Of a stretch of 30,427 bases of DNA, positions 26,381 through 30,427 are shown in pieces. Position 1 is the stretch's first letter. The number at the start of each line of letters is the position of its first letter. A model generated the notes under the pieces. It did no database searches. It was given only the letters and a program-made list of their open reading frames with translations, and was not told the origin of the DNA. Where the stretch lies: positions 1 to 30,427 of IMG/VR virus record IMGVR_UViG_3300018420_000069. One strand, written 5' to 3'. The stretch is from a virus. Its lineage: Duplodnaviria > Caudoviricetes. The position numbers were made by a program, and so were the translations under genes.

Positions 26381-26972
26381 CTATCAGTCTCCTTGTTTCT
26401 GAATCTACTAATTCTGCGGCCTCGATAATTATCTTGGACGCTTTGTCTATCCATTCATCGTCACGTTCTACCTTGATAATGAACGGCTTGTGCTCTGGCC
26501 TAAATGAAAAGAACCAGTAGTAATCCAGCTCCATAATCCACATAGTGCCTTGCACCTGCTGGAAATAGGCGCTAGGAAGCCTACCAGAGCGTCTGTAGCC
26601 TATGTGCGTACTCCGCTGTGGGCATTTGATTTCGATGCCTGTATCGGCCCACAGGCCGTCTGGTGAGCATCCAACATCGTGATCGTCCAGAGCTACCAAG
26701 CCAACCTGCTTAATGCTGACATCGTGCAGCAGCTCAAAGGTAGAGCGGGCCTGATCTTCCAAATCGTTGCCTTCCTGCATTGCAGCGCTTTTGTAGGTGT
26801 CGATGGGTATCGGCACTTCACGCTCAGCAATCACAGCGTTAAGATAGGTATCAGCTTGTTTAGATTTAACTCCTTGAGTCGTTACGAGCTTTGAGAAGTT
26901 GGATGCGGTGATAAAGCCGCATCTGCTTCTCAACCATTCATCAGAGCCTTGTTCGTGGTAAAAGTGCCTCAT
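26373..26972 (-). CDS. YqaJ / lambda-Exo-like exonuclease
   Basis: 'EQGSDEWLRSRCGFITAS', 'GNDLEDQAR', 'GCSPDG', 'IEIKCP', 'YFQQVQG'; start ATG 26972 overlaps the ERF stop. Confidence 0.9.
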   Translation of the reverse strand: MRHFYHEQGSDEWLRSRCGFITASNFSKLVTTQGVKSKQADTYLNAVIAEREVPIPIDTYKSAAMQEGNDLEDQARSTFELLHDVSIKQVGLVALDDHDVGCSPDGLWADTGIEIKCPQRSTHIGYRRSGRLPSAYFQQVQGTMWIMELDYYWFFSFRPEHKPFIIKVERDDEWIDKASKIIIEAAELVDSETRRLIDG

Positions 26973-27532
26973 AGGAATGAGTCCTGCTGAGATACTTGCT
27001 CGCGCTCTTTGAGAATCTTCCTCAGCTGGCTGATCTGCCTGTCGCTCAGGTTCCAATTGTCAGCCTTCACAGACCGCAGGCAGGTCTCCAGATTCATGCC
27101 AGCCTTCTCGCAGTCAGCCTTGATGCTGTTTATATTGCCGGTCTCAGCGGGCTCTTCATCGTGCTGCGCGTCATTGTCATTTTCAGGATCGCCGAGAGCG
27201 AACAGGCCCATAAGGCAGTAGCGCTTGGCGTAGGTGTAGCCAGTGCCGCAGCCTTGCTCGGTCTTCTTGACCTTATCGACTAGCGTGAGCTGGGAATGTG
27301 ACTGACCGCTCTTGAGATGGATCAACGTGATGGTGCAGCCTACCTGATCCTCAGCGTTGACATCGGTGAAGTAGTACACGATCTCATCACCAAAGCAGTC
27401 CCGCGCTGCATCGTTCAGCACAGCTACAGACCAGTATTTCTGCTTGGTGTGCTTGTTGACTTGATCTTTTTCAGGTGTAACGAACTTGCCTCTGCATTTG
27501 GCAAAGGACTTCCAAAACTCAATGTTTTCCAT
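26969..27532 (-). CDS. erf: ERF-family single-strand annealing protein
   Basis: 'QGCGTGYTYAKRYCLMGLFALGDPENDND' ERF motif; start ATG 27532 (MENIEF) lies downstream of the leftward promoter. Confidence 0.85.
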   Translation of the reverse strand: MENIEFWKSFAKCRGKFVTPEKDQVNKHTKQKYWSVAVLNDAARDCFGDEIVYYFTDVNAEDQVGCTITLIHLKSGQSHSQLTLVDKVKKTEQGCGTGYTYAKRYCLMGLFALGDPENDNDAQHDEEPAETGNINSIKADCEKAGMNLETCLRSVKADNWNLSDRQISQLRKILKEREQVSQQDSFL

Positions 27533-27566
27533 AGTTATCCCGTCAAGGTGTGTAAAAGGAAAGGCG

Positions 27567-27595
27567 AGTGTAAGCGAGTGTGACGGGCGTGTCAA
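27567..27595 (-). promoter_or_regulatory. Leftward sigma70 promoter for the recombination operon
   Basis: Minus strand TTGACA (27595-27590), 17 bp spacer, TACACT (27572-27567). Confidence 0.8.
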
Positions 27596-27722
27596 GCGGT
27601 GAATAGTAGTGCGATCAGCCGGATCAAAGATCAACGGGATTTGGCGGGAATCCGCTTGCTGACGGGTGCAAGGTGCTGTTTCTTAGCACGAAGACCGCAC
27701 AACACAATAATACCACAAAGTC

Positions 27723-27761
27723 ACGGACAAAAATGCCAAAAAAAAATGCGTTTTTGTCCGT
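27723..27761. other. 14-bp hairpin with A9-containing loop
   Basis: ACGGACAAAAATGC / GCGTTTTTGTCCGT (one T-G pair); followed by AGATTTATTTTT. Confidence 0.85.
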
Positions 27762-27797
27762 AGATTTATTTTTGAGTTTGGATTATCCTGATTGTCC

Positions 27798-28006
27798 GGT
27801 GTGGTAAATCCTGACCGTACAACTCACGGATCATGCTCACGGCGAGCTAATAAGCTGGAACACGATAGATCAACGGGTTTGATGCGACCGCGCCTGACCA
27901 GCGAAGCGAAGGCGGCAAACAAGCTCAGCGGACATGAATGGCGCTAGACGCGGCGACCAATGGATGGTGAAGGCGTTCTTGTAATCTTGATCTCTCGTAC
28001 CACGCT
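27798..28006 (+). ncRNA. Candidate multi-branched structured RNA (or ssDNA origin element)
   Basis: Nested long-range helices 27798-27806/27998-28006 and 27863-27873/27987-27997 plus internal hairpins; no credible ORF. Confidence 0.5.
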
Positions 28007-28074
28007 CTGAATATGACTATGGTGTCCCAAAGCATCTAAATGACATTTTCGCCTAGAAAAGTGTAAAAGATGTG

Positions 28075-28103
28075 TTGACACGGTGTGAGTAATAGCCTAA
28101 GAT
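28075..28103 (+). promoter_or_regulatory. Rightward sigma70 promoter
   Basis: TTGACA, 17 bp spacer, TAAGAT. Confidence 0.8.
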
Positions 28104-28151
28104 TGTATTCAGTGAGAGGCATGGTGCAGCTCACATTGCGAGGATAAACGA

Positions 28152-28418
28152 ATGTCACAAGCTCAACAGATAGACCGAATCGTAGAATTAGAAGCTCAGA
28201 TCGCTGGCCTGAAAGCTGCTCAGCAATCACTGATAGCTGACTTCAAAAAAGCAGGTGCTGGCAAGTACAAAGGCAACAACGGCATCCTGACAGTATCCGT
28301 AGCAGAGCGTAAGACGCTGGACATGAAAGCGGTCAAGCTCAAGCTGTCACCACAATTTATTCGCGCTCACACCAAGAAGCAGGAAGTTGTCAGCGCCCGA
28401 ATCACTGTTCGAGTCTAA
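28152..28418 (+). CDS. Hypothetical early protein (N-terminal coiled coil, basic)
   Basis: SD GAGGA; first gene after the promoter. Confidence 0.75.
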   Translation: MSQAQQIDRIVELEAQIAGLKAAQQSLIADFKKAGAGKYKGNNGILTVSVAERKTLDMKAVKLKLSPQFIRAHTKKQEVVSARITVRV

Positions 28419-28429
28419 GGAGAAAGCGA

Positions 28430-28684
28430 ATGAGTACAGATATCAATTGTCACCGTGTGACCGATGTGAATATCAAATTGGGCAATCGTTGGGCTGAGCT
28501 TGATGTGTCTGACGCAGATGGCGAGAAGCTCTATTTAACATTGTTTTTCGGCTCCAATGGCAAAAACAAGTACGGCACATTTCAGACTGATGAAGATAGA
28601 CAGGAGGAGATGTATCTTGCGCTGCTTCAGTTTCATGATCGCCTCGGAGATAGGTTGAAGGAGCTGAAAAAGAATATGGCGTGA
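28430..28684 (+). CDS. Hypothetical early protein
   Basis: SD AAGGAG; compact ORF. Confidence 0.7.
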   Translation: MSTDINCHRVTDVNIKLGNRWAELDVSDADGEKLYLTLFFGSNGKNKYGTFQTDEDRQEEMYLALLQFHDRLGDRLKELKKNMA

Positions 28685-28688
28685 GGTG

Positions 28689-28716
28689 TTGCGTTAGTGT
28701 AAGGCCTGTGTATAAT
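28689..28716 (+). promoter_or_regulatory. Rightward sigma70 promoter
   Basis: TTGCGT, 16 bp spacer, TATAAT in the intergenic gap. Confidence 0.7.
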
Positions 28717-28763
28717 ACGAATGATGGAGCTGCGCGGTGCGGCTCCTTTAACGGAGAACGCGA

Positions 28764-29090
28764 ATGTTAGATCACCTACCAATGTCAACCTACGAAGAAA
28801 TCAAACGCGCTACAGTTGACGGTCAAGTTGACTTTGATGTCCTTGATCGACAAGCCTTTGAAGATGTGCAGGATCAACTTATTTGTCCTGAAAACACTGA
28901 CGCAGCTCACAACGTGCTGCACGAAGCGTTCAGCCTGTGCGCTGACTCAGCAGAAATCACGAATGCTCTGATGCTATTCATGAACAGCGGATCGCTTGAC
29001 AGCGCGCAAGCTCTCAGAGCTAAGATGCAGGAAGCTGTTGATGAGATGACACGCTCAGAGATTGAGAAGTTTCTTCGGGAGGTTCCATAA
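28764..29090 (+). CDS. Hypothetical acidic helical protein
   Basis: SD GGAG; stop overlaps the next ATG. Confidence 0.7.
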   Translation: MLDHLPMSTYEEIKRATVDGQVDFDVLDRQAFEDVQDQLICPENTDAAHNVLHEAFSLCADSAEITNALMLFMNSGSLDSAQALRAKMQEAVDEMTRSEIEKFLREVP

Positions 29091-29305
29091 TGACTAGAGC
29101 AGAGAGAATCAAGTACAGCGCGGCAGGCTTTGTCCTGCTTGCGCTCTTCGCCTTCGCAAGCAACATGGACTATCAGGACGAGCTGTGCGATGAGCGTCAC
29201 CGCTGGGAGGCCACAGGCCACGAGTACGTTGGTATCCCGGCAGGAGCTGAGAACTGCGAGCCGTGGACTCCAACCTACAGATGCGGTAGCTACTGTGTCA
29301 ATTGA
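29090..29305 (+). CDS. Small membrane-anchored/exported protein
   Basis: Hydrophobic 'AAGFVLLALFAFAS' then 'MDYQDE'; SD GGAGG. Confidence 0.65.
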   Translation: MTRAERIKYSAAGFVLLALFAFASNMDYQDELCDERHRWEATGHEYVGIPAGAENCEPWTPTYRCGSYCVN

Positions 29306-30427
29306 GCTTAGGCCACATCAGAAGACCGCAGTTGACGCACTACGCGCCAGCTTGCGGTCAGGCCACAAGAGACCAGTGCTGGCAGCGCCTTGTAGTATGG
29401 GCAAGACGCATATTGCAGCGTATGTACTCTTGAACGCTGTGGAGAAGAATCGACACAACCCAGACTATCGGGCTGTTTTTTTTGTAGACAGGTTAAAGCT
29501 GTTAACTCAGACCACGACTGTGTTCGATAGTTTGGGAGCCAGCTATAGCGTCATGCAAGGCGACGATCCGAGGTATGATCCGAACAAGCAGATACAGATC
29601 ATAAGCATCCAGACGGCTCTCAGGCGCAAGAGATTCAGCTTTGACATTGCGGTAGTAGATGAGTGCCACACGCTCTACAAAGGCGTGACAGAGCTTATGA
29701 GGCGGCTCACAGGTATTGTTTGGATAGGCTTGTCGGCCACACCGTTTTCGAAAGGTATGGCTGCTGAAGGCTTGTACGATGACCTGATAGTGACTTGTAC
29801 GCCTAGAGACTTGATTGATGAAGGCTGGCTCACTCCAACGGAATACTATGTGGGCAGGTCAGTTGACGCTTCTGGCATCAAGACAAAGGCGCTCAGCACT
29901 GGCGGTAGCGACTATGATCCGGAGGCTCTGGGCCAGAAGATGCTGGATGATGACACGCTGGCTGGCGATATCGTGCAGAACTATGTCAAACATAGCAACG
30001 GCCTCACCAGACGCGCTCTGTGCTTCGCTCCATCTATAGCCTATAGCAAGAGCCTAGTTGACCGTTTCAACACTGAGATCGGCTCTGAGATCGCCGTACA
30101 CGTTGATGGCTATATGGACAGAGAGCTTCAGAACTACATCTTTGAGGACTTTAAGCGCGGAGACTACAAGATTCTGGTCAATTCCAAGCTGACAAATACC
30201 GGATTTGACGATACTGGAATTTCTATTATCGTGGACTGCTATCCCACGAAGAGCCGCATAGCTTGGGTGCAGAGGATAGGCAGGTGCTGGAGGATACATC
30301 CCGGCAAAGATAAGGCCACAGTGCTTGATCACGCTGGCAATCTGGAGCATTTCAATTGCTTTCCAGAGGACATCATCCCGCATGAGCTGGACTCAGGTGA
30401 TCGCCGGTTTGACGAGAAAAAGCAGAC
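29295..30427 (+). CDS. SF2 DEAD/DEAH-box helicase (RadD/YejH-like), 3'-truncated; absent from the ORF track
   Basis: From GTG 29295: 'ELRPHQ', 'APCSMGKT', 'VVDECH', 'GLSATP', 'LTNTGFD', 'QRIGR', 'LDHAGN'. Confidence 0.92.
   Translation, partial: MSIELRPHQKTAVDALRASLRSGHKRPVLAAPCSMGKTHIAAYVLLNAVEKNRHNPDYRAVFFVDRLKLLTQTTTVFDSLGASYSVMQGDDPRYDPNKQIQIISIQTALRRKRFSFDIAVVDECHTLYKGVTELMRRLTGIVWIGLSATPFSKGMAAEGLYDDLIVTCTPRDLIDEGWLTPTEYYVGRSVDASGIKTKALSTGGSDYDPEALGQKMLDDDTLAGDIVQNYVKHSNGLTRRALCFAPSIAYSKSLVDRFNTEIGSEIAVHVDGYMDRELQNYIFEDFKRGDYKILVNSKLTNTGFDDTGISIIVDCYPTKSRIAWVQRIGRCWRIHPGKDKATVLDHAGNLEHFNCFPEDIIPHELDSGDRRFDEKKQ

Noticed and set aside
27533-27634. ORF-track N-terminal extension of ERF (likewise YqaJ 26973-27056 and 21800-21865)
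   Set aside because: The extensions cross a consensus promoter or overlap upstream genes; the downstream ATGs give coupled starts and typical lengths.
27600-28150. tRNA, tmRNA or a repressor gene in the divergent region
   Set aside because: No T-loop GTTCRA cloverleaf, tag reading frame or HTH-encoding ORF was found by eye.
1-30427. Alternative genetic code, introns or inteins
   Set aside because: Genes translate full-length under the standard code with tight coupling and all three stop codons in use; no interrupted conserved genes were seen.

Overview
This window is a ~30 kb fragment of a tailed dsDNA phage with a P22-like (podovirus) virion module, probably aquatic and probably infecting a proteobacterium (inferred from gene families). 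The + strand from 1 to 24365 carries the portal C-terminus, a tandem ADP-ribosyltransferase-like polyvalent protein, scaffold, P22-type coat and two small basic proteins. These are followed by gp4/gp10-like head-tail proteins, a GNAT protein, four ejection-type proteins and a tail fibre cluster. The strand ends with an unusual lysis cassette: holin-like proteins, class-3 lipase, lipoprotein, lysozyme and thermonuclease. The - strand from 24351 to 27532 is a recombination/nin-like operon (ERF, YqaJ, SSB-like protein, NinG, NinB, PD-(D/E)XK nuclease). A ~620 bp non-coding switch region holds divergent sigma70 promoters and a strongly base-paired element. Small early genes and a truncated SF2 helicase follow it. 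The four most notable observations are: (1) the scaffold and both small basic proteins end in the same motif (K/Q)-G-A-(T/K)-(F/Y)-E, suggesting a capsid-loading tag; (2) a candidate large structured ncRNA or origin sits at about 27600-28010; (3) a cassette-like double-ART protein lies in the head module; (4) a giant gp7-like ejection protein is built from 22-aa amphipathic repeats. All calls come from motif recognition and synteny by eye; no database searches were run.
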